Source of the DNA: Thermoplasmata archaeon
GTDB taxonomy: Archaea; Thermoplasmatota; Thermoplasmata; Lutacidiplasmatales; UBA184
Reading direction: 5' to 3'
Length of the DNA: 64,000 nucleotides
Assembly: GCA_022749845.1 (NCBI GenBank)
Contig: JAKIWX010000002.1
Coordinates: 478-64,477 of the forward strand
Part shown: positions 36,193 through 45,690 of the stretch, piece after piece
Numbering within the stretch: position 1 is the stretch's first letter
How the letters are laid out: each line of letters opens with the position of its first letter
Made by a program: the position numbers and the translations under genes
The notes under the pieces: model-generated
Databases searched by the model: none
Told to the model about the DNA's origin: nothing
Seen by the model: the letters and a program-made list of their open reading frames with translations, nothing else

Positions 36193-36648
36193 TTACCTCG
36201 GCACCGTCCGCCAACCTTCGGGAACCTTCGTGGGGGCCACCACCAGCCGGCCCCGAGGGGGCGGCATGCCTAGGCGAGTGTAGGCATCGTTCAGGTTGAG
36301 GCTCGGTTGGAGCGTCTCCCTCTGCGCGAACTTTCCGTCCACTTCCCCACCCACTCGCAGCCATTCGGCGGCGGCGCGGTGGTGGCCTGTACCGAGGAAC
36401 GCGAGCATGCTGGCGCGATCCGCCCATAGGGAGAGCGTTCAGAATTCGCGGCCGATCCACAGTCGCTGCAGCGAGTACGCCAGTGCACCGGGAGTGTCCG
36501 CGAGTAGTGTCTCCACCGCTCGAGTGAACCCGGAGAACCCCCTAGCGCGGCCCCAGCCACGAGCCCGACGGAGAAAAGTGGCGGCGTGAAATAGGGGTCC
36601 GTCCGGTGGCCTTGGGACCAGATACCGGGTGCGACGAAGGACGACCAT
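36193..36648 (-). pseudogene. Small ABM-fold / DUF3291-like (monooxygenase-like) protein interrupted by one in-frame TGA
   Basis: A single frame reads MVVLRRTRYLV...YSLQRLWIGREF*TLSLWADRASMLAFLGTGHHRAAAEW...; the xLSxWxxxxxxxxF...H block is typical of that fold. The TGA lies at about 36439-36441. The family assignment is tentative. Confidence 0.45.
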
Positions 36649-36859
36649 CGTGCGCGGTCGTACCTTGCGTGCTACGACGGGGCCGACGTATTTCACGGCT
36701 CCGAACACGGGCCCGCTGAAGGGCCCGAGCCGACCCATCGCCGGGCTGCCAAGCTCGTAAGCCGCCCACCTTCTGCGCCGAACTCCCGACGGATCCTCTT
36801 CGAGAATCCCCGCGACCCACACCGGCGACGCCTCATAGTTGGATTCGCTCCAGCGGCGC

Positions 36860-37354
36860 ATGGGGAGCGTCGTCCACGCCCTGCACCGCAAGCCGGAGGT
36901 TCCGGGGGAGCATGGACTCCCCAAGCCCGCCGCCGAGCACATCGAGGTGACGGAGCGGGGCGTAGCGGGCGACTTCAACCGCTACCGCCACGAGCGGCAC
37001 GCGGACGACCCGACCTCGGCCGTTCTGCTCCTCCCGCTCGAGACCCTGGAGGAGCTCCAGGGGGAGGACTGGCCCGTCCGACCCGGGGACCTCGGAGAGA
37101 ACATCACGACCCGAGGGATATCGCCGGCCAAGCTCCGGCCCGGAGTACGGCTCCGGGTAGGCACGACCGACCTCGAGGTGACCCGTCCCTGCGACCCGTG
37201 CCGGAACGTCTTCCTGCTTCCTTACGCGGGTGAGAAGCGAGGACCGGAGTTCTTGCGCGCCCTCCTCGGGCGTCGGGGCTGGTACGCCAAGGTGCTGAAG
37301 CCCGGCTCGATTCGTCGGGGCGATCCCATCGAGGTCCTCGCCTCCGCTACATGA
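36860..37354 (+). CDS. MOSC domain-containing protein
   Basis: GVAGDFNRY...RPGDLGENITTRGI...LRVGTTDLEVTRPCDPC...GWYAKVLKPGSIRRGDPIEV. ATG 36860 preferred over ORF-track TTG 36839. Confidence 0.8.
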   Translation: MGSVVHALHRKPEVPGEHGLPKPAAEHIEVTERGVAGDFNRYRHERHADDPTSAVLLLPLETLEELQGEDWPVRPGDLGENITTRGISPAKLRPGVRLRVGTTDLEVTRPCDPCRNVFLLPYAGEKRGPEFLRALLGRRGWYAKVLKPGSIRRGDPIEVLASAT

Positions 37355-37400
37355 GTCCGTTCTAGGAGGTTGGGCCCCCACCCCCCCGTTGCGAGTGGAA

Positions 37401-37898
37401 CTACGGGCTCGACCAACCCTCGCCCGAAATCGGGACGGCGTCCTCTTCGAGGCGGGCGCGAACCTTGGGTTCGATGGGTTTCTTTTGCGCTTTCGTGTAA
37501 TCGTAGCAGACCACCACCGTACGTCCTCGAGCGTAGACCGTCTCGGGGTGGTCCGGTGCGGTGAACCGGTAGAGTAGAGCGAAGCTTGTCCGGCCGAGCG
37601 GGGAGCCAGGAGCGACCTCTCCCACCATCACCGTACCGTACCCGGCCGGAGCAAGGAAGCGGCAGGTAGCTTCCGCGAGGATGATGTCGAGTTCTCTAGG
37701 GTCGTTGGTAGAGAGGAGAGGGAGGTAGTAGTCGCAGCGAAGTGTCTCCATGAACGGAAAGTACGCGGCGTGGTTCAGGTGGTTGAGCGCGTCGACGTCG
37801 TGGTAGGTGATCTCGAACCGGCGCCGGTGGGGCCAGGACCGGACCGCCCCGGATCCCTCGCTCGCTACCCCCTTCTGGGTCGACATCCCCGGACGCAC
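37401..37898 (-). CDS. Acyl-CoA thioesterase (hotdog fold, 4HBT/YbgC-like)
   Basis: FEITYHDVDALNHLNHAAYFPFMETLRCDYY... The catalytic Asp context and layout are typical of 4HBT thioesterases. Confidence 0.75.
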   Translation of the reverse strand: MRPGMSTQKGVASEGSGAVRSWPHRRRFEITYHDVDALNHLNHAAYFPFMETLRCDYYLPLLSTNDPRELDIILAEATCRFLAPAGYGTVMVGEVAPGSPLGRTSFALLYRFTAPDHPETVYARGRTVVVCYDYTKAQKKPIEPKVRARLEEDAVPISGEGWSSP

Positions 37899-38004
37899 CG
37901 GAGTTAGCTATAAGGGACGAACGGCCTCCGCCCACCCACTCTCATGGGCTCGAGCGCTCCCTCCCCGCGGGTTCCACTGGAAGTAGGGGGGTGGGGGAGT
38001 ACCG

Positions 38005-39330
38005 ATGGCTGATCCCTCCTCTCCGCCGGCCGCCTCGATGGCGGAGGTGGTCGAACAGGTCCGGAACGCCGTGCGCGTGCACTCGCGCCGGTTCGAGCGG
38101 GCGATCCCGCTCATCGCGAGCGAGAACCTCCTCTCGCCGTACGCGAAGGAGCTCCTCATCTCCGACTTCCACTCCCGCTACGCCGAGGGGCTACCGGGGG
38201 AGCGGTACTACGAGGGGAACGAGCAGGTCGATGAGGTGGAGCGGATCTGCCTCGACCTCGCGCGCCGCCTCTTCCGCTGCTCCTTCGCCGACGTCCGGCC
38301 CATCTCGGGCACCGTCGCGAACCTCGCCGTCCTCAAGGCGCTCGCCGCCCCCGGGGACCTCGTTGGGACCGCGCGCCTGAGCGACGGGGCCCACATCTCG
38401 AGCGCCGGCTTCGGTGCCTTCGGCCTGCGCGGGGTGAAGCCCGTCCATTACGCCTGGGACGAGGAGCGGATGACGATCGACGTCCCGAAGACCCGCGCGC
38501 TCCTCCTCGAAGCCCGTCCGAAGCTGTGCCTGTTCGGCCTCTCGCTCTTCCTCTTCCCGCTCCCGGTGAAGGAGCTCGCCCCGACGCTCCAGGAGATCGG
38601 CGCGCTCGGATGGTACGACGCGGCGCACGTCCTCGGCCTGATCGCGGGCGGGCAGTTCCAGGACCCGCTCCACGAGGGCTGCTCCGTCCTCTCGGCCTCG
38701 ACCCACAAGACGCTCCCAGGTCCCCAGCACGGCCTCCTCCTCGGCGAGAGCAAGGACCCCGAGGTGGGGAGGAAGCTCGCCTCCGCGGCGTTCCCCGGCG
38801 TCACGAGCAACCACCACCTGAACGCGATGGCCGCCCTTGCTGTGAGCCTCGCCGAGACGCACGAGTTCGGCCGGGCCTACGCGAAGCAGGTGGTGGCGAA
38901 CGCGCGGGCGCTCGCCCTCGCGCTGCACGAGCGCGGCTTCGACGTCCTCGCCGAGAAGCTCGGATTCACGGCGAGCCACACCATCGCCGTGCGCGTGGCG
39001 AAGGAGGGCGGCGGGGAGTCCGTGGCCCAGCGCCTCGCCGCCGCCGGCATCATCACCAACAAGAACCTCCTCCCGGGGGACACAAGCCCGAAGCACCCGG
39101 GCGGGATCCGCCTCGGCTCCCCCGAGGTGACGCGGGTCGGGATGAAGGAGCGCGAGATGGTCCGGATCGCCGAGCTGCTCGACGACCTCCTCCACAAGGG
39201 CGTGCCGACCGAGCGGGTGCTCGAGGCCGCCGCGGAGCTCAAGAAGGGGTTCACGGGCGTCCAGTACTGCTTCGGGGCCGGAGAGGCCGCCTACCGGTAC
39301 TACGACCTCGTCGGGCGCCCGGTCAGCTGA
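38005..39330 (+). CDS. glyA: Serine hydroxymethyltransferase
   Basis: LIASENLLSPYAKELL.SDFHSRYAEGLPGERYYEGNEQVDEVE; PLP-lysine context STHKTLPGPQHG. Confidence 0.95.
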   Translation: MADPSSPPAASMAEVVEQVRNAVRVHSRRFERAIPLIASENLLSPYAKELLISDFHSRYAEGLPGERYYEGNEQVDEVERICLDLARRLFRCSFADVRPISGTVANLAVLKALAAPGDLVGTARLSDGAHISSAGFGAFGLRGVKPVHYAWDEERMTIDVPKTRALLLEARPKLCLFGLSLFLFPLPVKELAPTLQEIGALGWYDAAHVLGLIAGGQFQDPLHEGCSVLSASTHKTLPGPQHGLLLGESKDPEVGRKLASAAFPGVTSNHHLNAMAALAVSLAETHEFGRAYAKQVVANARALALALHERGFDVLAEKLGFTASHTIAVRVAKEGGGESVAQRLAAAGIITNKNLLPGDTSPKHPGGIRLGSPEVTRVGMKEREMVRIAELLDDLLHKGVPTERVLEAAAELKKGFTGVQYCFGAGEAAYRYYDLVGRPVS

Positions 39331-39343
39331 CCGCGCGGGTGTG

Positions 39344-42169
39344 CTACCCTTTCGGCGGCGGAGGGCCGTCCTCTCCGGTCACCGACGCCTCTTCCCGCGC
39401 GAGAGCGCGTTCGAGCGCCTCGTTGTCGAGCTCGACCCGGGGCACGATCGCGTCGACGACCTGCGCGGGCCGGTAGAGCGGCTCGCCGCCGGGGCCTACC
39501 GAGGAGAGCACGACCCCCTCCGTGAGGAGGCTCGCGAGCCAGTCCGCCACTTCGGCGGGCTCTGGCCGCGGGTCCGGCCAGCCGGCCCGGAGCCGCTCGA
39601 GGCTCACCGGCGCCTCGGCGCGGATCCGCTCGAGCAATCGCTCCCGTCCGGCCGCCGTGCGCCGTAGCTCCTCCTCGGTGACCTCGGCGGAACCGCCGCC
39701 ATCCGACCCGGGGCGGTTCGTCCGGCTGCGTCGCACCCAGAGCACGCCTCCTCCGAGCGCGAGAAGTCCCACGAGGCTGCCCACGGCGAGCGGGAGCGTC
39801 GGGTCGGTGCTGGTGCTCGCCGGCGGCACCGCGATCGCGGCGAGGAGCCGCACGCCGCTCGAGCTCCAGACGTTCACCGTCCCGCCGCCCGACGTCGGCG
39901 CGGAGTAGTTCACCCAGACAACAGAACCGGTGGCGCTAGCGAGCACGGGGGCGCTACGGTTCGCCACCGTGCTCCCGAACACGCTCTCGACCCAGATGGA
40001 CCCGGGCGCGCCGGGGTTTCCGAACCGGTCCGCGAGCCGGTACTCGGTCGCGTTCGCGCGCGCGCCGGCGAGGCGCACGACCGGCGAGCTGAGCGCGAGG
40101 GAGTACGGGTCCGGTCCGACGCTCAGAGCGAAGGTGCCGTTGGCGGCGAACGAGAGCGGAAGGCCCGCGGTGAAACTCACCCAGTACACTCCCGAGCGCT
40201 CCACCTCGAGCGTGAAGTTCAGGTACCCACCGTACCAGGCGCTCGAGGAGAGCGCGAAGGCGCCCGCCACAGGCCGCACCGTCTGCGCGAGCGCGGCGAC
40301 GTAGAGCACCACGGGGTCCGAGGGGGAGGGGGCGCGCACGAAGAGCGTGAGCGGGCGCGTGTACGAGGCGACCCGCTCGTTCTCGGGGGACATCGCGACG
40401 ATGGCGTAGGGGATCGGGATCCCCGCCTCCCCGAGGGCGGGCACGCTCGCGCCGTTCGCTTGCGCGAGATTCACCGGCGGGCCCGCGGAGATGTAGAAGT
40501 CGAGCGTCCTAGCGACCCGGCTCCCGAGCGCGTCGACGCAGGTGAGCGTCACCGTGACCCAACCGGCCTCGCTCGGCCGGAAGGTCGCGTTGACCGTCCC
40601 CGAGGCCGGGAGCTCCCCCGTGGCGAAGCTCTGGGCGGGGCTCGTCGCGTTCCACCAGTACGCGACCGGTCCCACTCCGCCGGCGAGGAGGGAACTCAGT
40701 TCGATCGAGGCGCCCTGGGTCGGCGGGCCGCCCGCGTAGGCGAGCTCTCCGAGGCTTGGCCGGTTCGCAACCACGACGGTGCCCGAGGCCTGCCCCGAGG
40801 TGTTCGCGGCGTCGCTCACCGTCGCGGAGAGCGCGTAGCTCCCAGGGTGGGGGTACGGCACGGCGAACGACCAGCTGGGGCCGGGCGCGCTCGAGCAGAG
40901 CGGCACTCCGAAGCCCGTGCGGACGCACACGGGTCCATACGGCGCGCTCCCGGTGCCGTTCGCCACCGTCACCGAGAGCGCGAGCGGGTCTCCGAGGTAG
41001 GTCGCGAGCGGCCGGGGCGAGAGCGAGAGGAGGAGCGTGGGATTCACCCGAAGGGGGCCGAGCGGCAGGGTGGCGTTCGAGTAGCCGTTCGTCAGGCTCG
41101 CGCTCGGCAGCTCGGGGCCCGCGCTCGCGTACGATCCGTTCGCCGAACAGCGGATCGACAGCTCCTCGTCCGGAGCCCCGATAGCGCTGCACGTCGCCGG
41201 GAGCAGCGCAAGACCCTTCCCCGGGTCGAACGCCGCCGTGTAGGTGTAACCGGGCGCCCCCGCGCCCGTGAGGGAGAACTCCACGGGTCCGCCCACGTCG
41301 ACGGGGGTCGGGGCGACGAGCACGGAGCCGATCGTGGTGCTCGCCGCGAGGACGGAGAGGTGGACCACGCCCGAGAACGGCACACCCCCGTACGACCCGT
41401 TCACGCTGAGGCCGAGCAGGGCGGGGCCCGCGCCCGGCTGCGCTTCGACGAGCACCGACGAGCCCGACGGCGGAGTCGTGAGACTCCACCCCGCGCTCGC
41501 GAGCTGCCAAGCGAACGCGAACGGGACCGGCGAGGGGGAGCCGTCGGCGGCGAGCGGGTGCGCGCTGAACCGGCTCGGTGCGTTCGCGCTCAAGAGAACG
41601 GGTCCGGGCGGGGAGACGACCAGGGTGGTGTACGCCACGGCGATCGCAACGTTCGCGACCCCCTGCGTCACGTTGCCGTGGACGAAGTAGCCGGCCGGCG
41701 GCGCGCCCACGGAGGTGAAGGAGGTGTTCCCGAACGGGCCCGCGTAGGAGGTGCAGCCGTGGGACGTGCAGCCGCCCGTCGGGAGGGTGACGGTGAGCGC
41801 GAACCCTCCCGAGGAGTTCGTCGTGGCACGCTGCGAGGCCGGTGCGCAGGTCACCTGCGGCCCGCCCTTGCCGGTCGGGGTGAAGGTGGTCTCGAGCTCG
41901 TAGGCGTACTCGAGCGCGACCCCGCCGACCGTGGGGACCGGCGGGAGGCTCCCGTACTCGCGCAGCGTGCCCGAGAACCCCGAGGCCGCGCTGGCTCCGC
42001 ACGGCGAGGCGGCCGCGGGATGGGCGAGGAGATGCGCGGGGCCTGAGACGAGCGTCGAACTCGTTGCACTGGGTGGGGAGGGGAGTCCTGGCGCGGTGGC
42101 GAGGAGGAACAGGATCACGAGGAGTAGGGACAGGATCGGTGGGTCGAGCGAGCGCGCTCGGGACCTCAC
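39344..42169 (-). CDS. Large cell-surface glycoprotein-like protein with C-terminal TM anchor and about 130-aa cytoplasmic tail
   Basis: Signal peptide (ILSLLLVILFLLATAPG). About 780 aa of Ig-like, S/T/G/A/P-rich ectodomain with many N-x-S/T sequons. TM LAVGSLVGLLALGGGVLWV. The tail (PVSLERLRAGW...VADWLASLLTEGVVLSSVGPGGEPLY) looks winged-helix-like. Confidence 0.65.
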   Translation of the reverse strand: MRSRARSLDPPILSLLLVILFLLATAPGLPSPPSATSSTLVSGPAHLLAHPAAASPCGASAASGFSGTLREYGSLPPVPTVGGVALEYAYELETTFTPTGKGGPQVTCAPASQRATTNSSGGFALTVTLPTGGCTSHGCTSYAGPFGNTSFTSVGAPPAGYFVHGNVTQGVANVAIAVAYTTLVVSPPGPVLLSANAPSRFSAHPLAADGSPSPVPFAFAWQLASAGWSLTTPPSGSSVLVEAQPGAGPALLGLSVNGSYGGVPFSGVVHLSVLAASTTIGSVLVAPTPVDVGGPVEFSLTGAGAPGYTYTAAFDPGKGLALLPATCSAIGAPDEELSIRCSANGSYASAGPELPSASLTNGYSNATLPLGPLRVNPTLLLSLSPRPLATYLGDPLALSVTVANGTGSAPYGPVCVRTGFGVPLCSSAPGPSWSFAVPYPHPGSYALSATVSDAANTSGQASGTVVVANRPSLGELAYAGGPPTQGASIELSSLLAGGVGPVAYWWNATSPAQSFATGELPASGTVNATFRPSEAGWVTVTLTCVDALGSRVARTLDFYISAGPPVNLAQANGASVPALGEAGIPIPYAIVAMSPENERVASYTRPLTLFVRAPSPSDPVVLYVAALAQTVRPVAGAFALSSSAWYGGYLNFTLEVERSGVYWVSFTAGLPLSFAANGTFALSVGPDPYSLALSSPVVRLAGARANATEYRLADRFGNPGAPGSIWVESVFGSTVANRSAPVLASATGSVVWVNYSAPTSGGGTVNVWSSSGVRLLAAIAVPPASTSTDPTLPLAVGSLVGLLALGGGVLWVRRSRTNRPGSDGGGSAEVTEEELRRTAAGRERLLERIRAEAPVSLERLRAGWPDPRPEPAEVADWLASLLTEGVVLSSVGPGGEPLYRPAQVVDAIVPRVELDNEALERALAREEASVTGEDGPPPPKG

Positions 42170-42264
42170 CGCACCACCACCCCGCGCCGGCCGAGGCCGG
42201 GCGCGCTCGGAGAGCGGTGTACCCTCTCATTAAGCATGAGGTTCGGCCGGGAGGTGCTCGCGGC

Positions 42265-42774
42265 TCAAGCAAGCCGGGTGGAGCGCAACCGCTCGTGCAC
42301 GGCACCGCCCGGGCCGAGCCGGCTCGAATGGAGCTCGACGCGGTCGACCACGATCTCGCCGAACGACCGCGCGCCCCCGACCTCGAGAGCGGAGCGGGCG
42401 CGCGGGAGTCCAGCGGCGGAGCGCACCCGGAACAAGGTCACGTGGGGGGAGAAGCTACGGGGCTCGGGAGCCTCCCCGCGGGCCACAAGCTCCTCCGCGA
42501 GCGCGCGCTGCAGGCCACCGAGCTCGATCCCCCCGCGCCCGATACCGACCCAGACGACCCGGGGCCGGTCGACCGAGGGGAAGGCCCCCACGCCCGCCAG
42601 CTCGAGCCGGAAAGCGCGGCTGCGTGCCGCCGCGGCATCGAGCGCCTCGAATACGAAGGGGACCCGCCGCTCCTCGAGGTCGACCCAGAATCGCAGGGTG
42701 AGGTGCGGTTCGAGCGGTGCCGGCAAACCGCTCAACTCAGCGGAGGAAACCGGGATCGAGGCGAAGGCGCGCAC
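42265..42774 (-). CDS. thpR: RNA 2',3'-cyclic phosphodiesterase (2H phosphoesterase, ThpR/LigT family)
   Basis: Two H-x-T-x motifs, HLTL and HVTL, with typical spacing. GTG 42774 chosen, 23 nt after the upstream gene's stop. Confidence 0.8.
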   Translation of the reverse strand: MRAFASIPVSSAELSGLPAPLEPHLTLRFWVDLEERRVPFVFEALDAAAARSRAFRLELAGVGAFPSVDRPRVVWVGIGRGGIELGGLQRALAEELVARGEAPEPRSFSPHVTLFRVRSAAGLPRARSALEVGGARSFGEIVVDRVELHSSRLGPGGAVHERLRSTRLA

Positions 42775-42797
42775 GGGCCCCCGAGGGCACGCGGCTT

Positions 42798-45368
42798 CTA
42801 ACCCTCGCTCGGTGGAGGCTCGGCGAGCGTCCACACGGCGGCCTCGGTACGACCGACGCGGCCCTCCCGCAGCACGGTGCGCACCCGGCGCGCCCGCGCG
42901 GCATCCGGAACGAGGAACAGGGCGAAGGCGCCGTGCGCGCGGGCCTTGCGAAGCCCGTGCCGTAGCCGGTCCGGTCGGAGCGCTCCCGATACCTCCGCCT
43001 CCACGTGCACGTCCCGACCCGAGAAGCTCCTCCAGGCCCAGCCCCCCCGCACACGGTCGAGGGCGGCGGCGAGCTCCGCCGGCGTCGCAGGGGCGACCTC
43101 ACCGAGCTGGCGCAACCTCCCGTCCGGCACCTGCCGGTCGAAGCTTCCCTGGCGAGGGAGCTCGAGCAGGTAGCCGCGCCGAGCGAAGATCCGCGCGGCC
43201 CGAAGGAGGAGCCGCCGGTGCGTCTCGCTCTCCCGGACCGCGCCGGTCCGCGCGATCGCCTCGACCGCGAACTCACCCCGCGGGGTGAGGCATCGATCGC
43301 CCGTCCCACCAGTCGCCCAACCTCGGTGGCGCAGTTCCTCGAAAAGTCGTGGCTCGCCGGCGCCAGCGACCTCCTCCGACCGGGGTTCGCCCGCGGGCGG
43401 AAGCGAGAGCAAGAGGAGTCGAAGCGCCTCCTCCGCGGGCGCGTCCGTGCGGTCCTCGGGCGAGGCGCCGGCCTCGAGCGCCGATCGCTCCAGCACCTCC
43501 TCCCACGCTCCGGCCTCCACCGGGAGGGGCGGCGCAACCGAGCGGAGCCGCCGGGGAGCCCGCGGTCCCACGACCGCCTCGACGCAACTTCCCGGCGGGA
43601 GGGAGGGAAGGAGCGTCTCCGCCGCGGCCTCCTCGAGTCCCGCCCACCGGCCGGTCTCCCGCGCGACCGCCCGCGGCATGCGGAAGAGGAGGTGGCGGGA
43701 GGCGGAGCCGGCGGCCGCGGCCCGCGCCTCGGGGTCGAGCCGGTCCGGGTACTGCGTGGCCGCGACCACGCTCAGGCCGAACTTCCGGCCCTCGGCGAGC
43801 ATCTCGGCGAGAAGATGGGGCGAGAGCCGCTGCGCCTCGTCGAGGAGGAGCAGCACCGAGCGGGCCCCGCCCCGCTCCCGTCCGGGGCGGGTGAGGTCGA
43901 GGTAGATGCGCGTGAGCAGGAGCGTGCCGACGAGCTCCGCGGCCTCCGGCCCCAGCTCGCCGATCGGCAGGCGGAGCACGAGGCTCCGGCCCGACTCGAG
44001 GAGCCTCGGCACGTCGAGGCCGTGACCGCGGGGCGCCACGCAGGCGAGGAGCCTCGGGGAGAGGAGCAGGCGGCCGAGCCGGGCGGTCGCCGGCCACAGG
44101 AACTCCGGGTTCCGGCGCAAGAGCGCCGGCAGCTCGTCCAGGAACGACGCGAGGGCGGGGGAGCGGGTGAGGCGCCGGGCGAGCTCCCGCCGCGCGGGGT
44201 CGGTGAGGAGCGCGGCGAGCTCCCGCAGGTCGCCGCCCGACTCCTGCGTGAGGGCGAGGAAGCTCTCGAGGACGCGGTCGATCCGAAACCCCCAGTACGT
44301 CTCGCCGCCGCGCGCCCCCAGCCGACGGAACGCCGAGAGGAGCTGGGCGCGCTCCGTCTCCCCCCGCTCCCCCGGCGCCGGACGCAGCAGCTCGAGCCCC
44401 GCGATCGCTCCGCTCGCCGTCGGGTCGATTGCGCTCACCCGCCGTCGCTCCTCGGGGCCGAGACCCGAGAGGAGCTCAGGACCGAGCGTGCCGTGGACGT
44501 CGAGCAGCACCGTCGGCTCTCCCGCGCGGAGCCTCGAACGCGCGAGCTCGGCAAGGAAGGCGCTCTTGCCCGAGCCGGAGGCACCGAAGCAAATGGTGTG
44601 CCGCGCGGCACCGTCGAGGTCGGGGGGACCCGGGACTCCGGCCGCGAGCAGCCGGCCGGCGAGCTCGGGTCGGAGCTCGAACGGGGCCGCCGACCGGAAG
44701 CGGCTCACCGCGCCGGTCGACCACTCCCGGCGCACCGCCCACCGAGGTCGCACCTTCCGAAACCCCGCGGCCGCGAGACCCTGGAGGCTCCCGCGCGCCG
44801 TGAGCTCGGGAGCAGCGCATTCGAGCGGGCTCGCGGGGCCCTCCTCCGAGGCCGCGAGGATCCGCACCCAAAGCTCGAGCCCACCGTTCCCGTCGGAGCG
44901 CAGGTGCTGCTGGAGGCCGAACCAGAGGCCCGCTCTCCGGGCGCGATACTCCGCGAGGGGCACGGGCGCGGGAGCGAAGTCGGTTCCGGCCGGGGCGGCG
45001 CCCGCGCGCCGCTGCACAGTCTCCGTGCCCTCCCCGCGCGCCCCGAGATCCTCGGCACGCGGCTCGAGTACGGCGAGCTCTACCGAGGCGAACTGTTCGG
45101 GCGGTCGGTGCGCCGGACCGGTCGGCGCTGGCTCGCTCGGGACGGCCGCCTCGTCGAGCGCCTTTCGAACGGTGGCAAGGAGCCCCTCGGTCCCCACCAG
45201 GCGGAGCTCCCACCCGGGCGCTCCCTGGCGCTCCTCGACGAGGAGCGGCACCGGCGGGACGCGCCGGGCGAGCTCGGTCGCCGTGAGCGCGAGCGCGGTA
45301 CCGACGCGCTCGGGGTACGCCTCCGAGGCAATGCGCAGCGCCGCGTAGCCGGGTTCACTCCTCGACAT
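42798..45368 (-). CDS. FtsK/HerA/TraG-superfamily P-loop ATPase fused to a C-terminal wHTH plus PD-(D/E)xK-like domain
   Basis: Walker A HTICFGASGSGKSAF, Walker B SVLLLLDEAQRL, GLSVVAATQYPDRL. The C-terminal 200 aa read ESETHRRLLLRAARIFARRGYLLEL...VPDGRL...DVHVEAEVS...GAFALFLV. ATG at 45366-45368. The first 85 codons of the ORF-track reading are an extension. Confidence 0.75.
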   Translation of the reverse strand: MSRSEPGYAALRIASEAYPERVGTALALTATELARRVPPVPLLVEERQGAPGWELRLVGTEGLLATVRKALDEAAVPSEPAPTGPAHRPPEQFASVELAVLEPRAEDLGARGEGTETVQRRAGAAPAGTDFAPAPVPLAEYRARRAGLWFGLQQHLRSDGNGGLELWVRILAASEEGPASPLECAAPELTARGSLQGLAAAGFRKVRPRWAVRREWSTGAVSRFRSAAPFELRPELAGRLLAAGVPGPPDLDGAARHTICFGASGSGKSAFLAELARSRLRAGEPTVLLDVHGTLGPELLSGLGPEERRRVSAIDPTASGAIAGLELLRPAPGERGETERAQLLSAFRRLGARGGETYWGFRIDRVLESFLALTQESGGDLRELAALLTDPARRELARRLTRSPALASFLDELPALLRRNPEFLWPATARLGRLLLSPRLLACVAPRGHGLDVPRLLESGRSLVLRLPIGELGPEAAELVGTLLLTRIYLDLTRPGRERGGARSVLLLLDEAQRLSPHLLAEMLAEGRKFGLSVVAATQYPDRLDPEARAAAAGSASRHLLFRMPRAVARETGRWAGLEEAAAETLLPSLPPGSCVEAVVGPRAPRRLRSVAPPLPVEAGAWEEVLERSALEAGASPEDRTDAPAEEALRLLLLSLPPAGEPRSEEVAGAGEPRLFEELRHRGWATGGTGDRCLTPRGEFAVEAIARTGAVRESETHRRLLLRAARIFARRGYLLELPRQGSFDRQVPDGRLRQLGEVAPATPAELAAALDRVRGGWAWRSFSGRDVHVEAEVSGALRPDRLRHGLRKARAHGAFALFLVPDAARARRVRTVLREGRVGRTEAAVWTLAEPPPSEG

Positions 45369-45690
45369 GGCACCCTCCGCGGCGTTCGAGCAGGTCGCGG
45401 ATCTCTCGCTCGAGCCGGCCGAGGCCGCTCCTCCGCGCGTAGGCAAGGAGCGTGGCGCTCGAGAGGCAGCGGCGCACGGGACCGCTTCCCTCCCACAGTC
45501 GGAGGCACCAGAGCACCCGGCGGTCGGGCAGCTCGTACAGCGTGGCCCACGGAGCGAGGCCGAGCGCGATCGGCACGCGGACGCGGCCGAGGCGGCGCAC
45601 CCGGGCCGGCAGCTCCAAGGCAACGGGGTATTCGGGACGGCGCGGAACGGGTTCGGTGGCGGTGCGGGTACGCCCGCAGGTTGAGCTCAT
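45355..45690 (-). CDS. Small hypothetical protein (111 aa) overlapping the ATPase start by 14 nt
   Basis: ATG at 45688-45690. Sequence MSSTCGRTRT...YPVALELPARVRRLGRVRVPIALGLAPWATLYELPDRRVLWCLRLWEG...LEREIRDLLERRGG. No family recognised. Confidence 0.4.
   Translation of the reverse strand: MSSTCGRTRTATEPVPRRPEYPVALELPARVRRLGRVRVPIALGLAPWATLYELPDRRVLWCLRLWEGSGPVRRCLSSATLLAYARRSGLGRLEREIRDLLERRGGCHVEE

Noticed and set aside
36023-36460. 145-aa minus ORF and neighbouring small ORFs over 36.0-36.6 kb
   Set aside because: They overlap the SRP RNA gene and the ABM-like pseudogene in other frames, and their composition is artefact-like.
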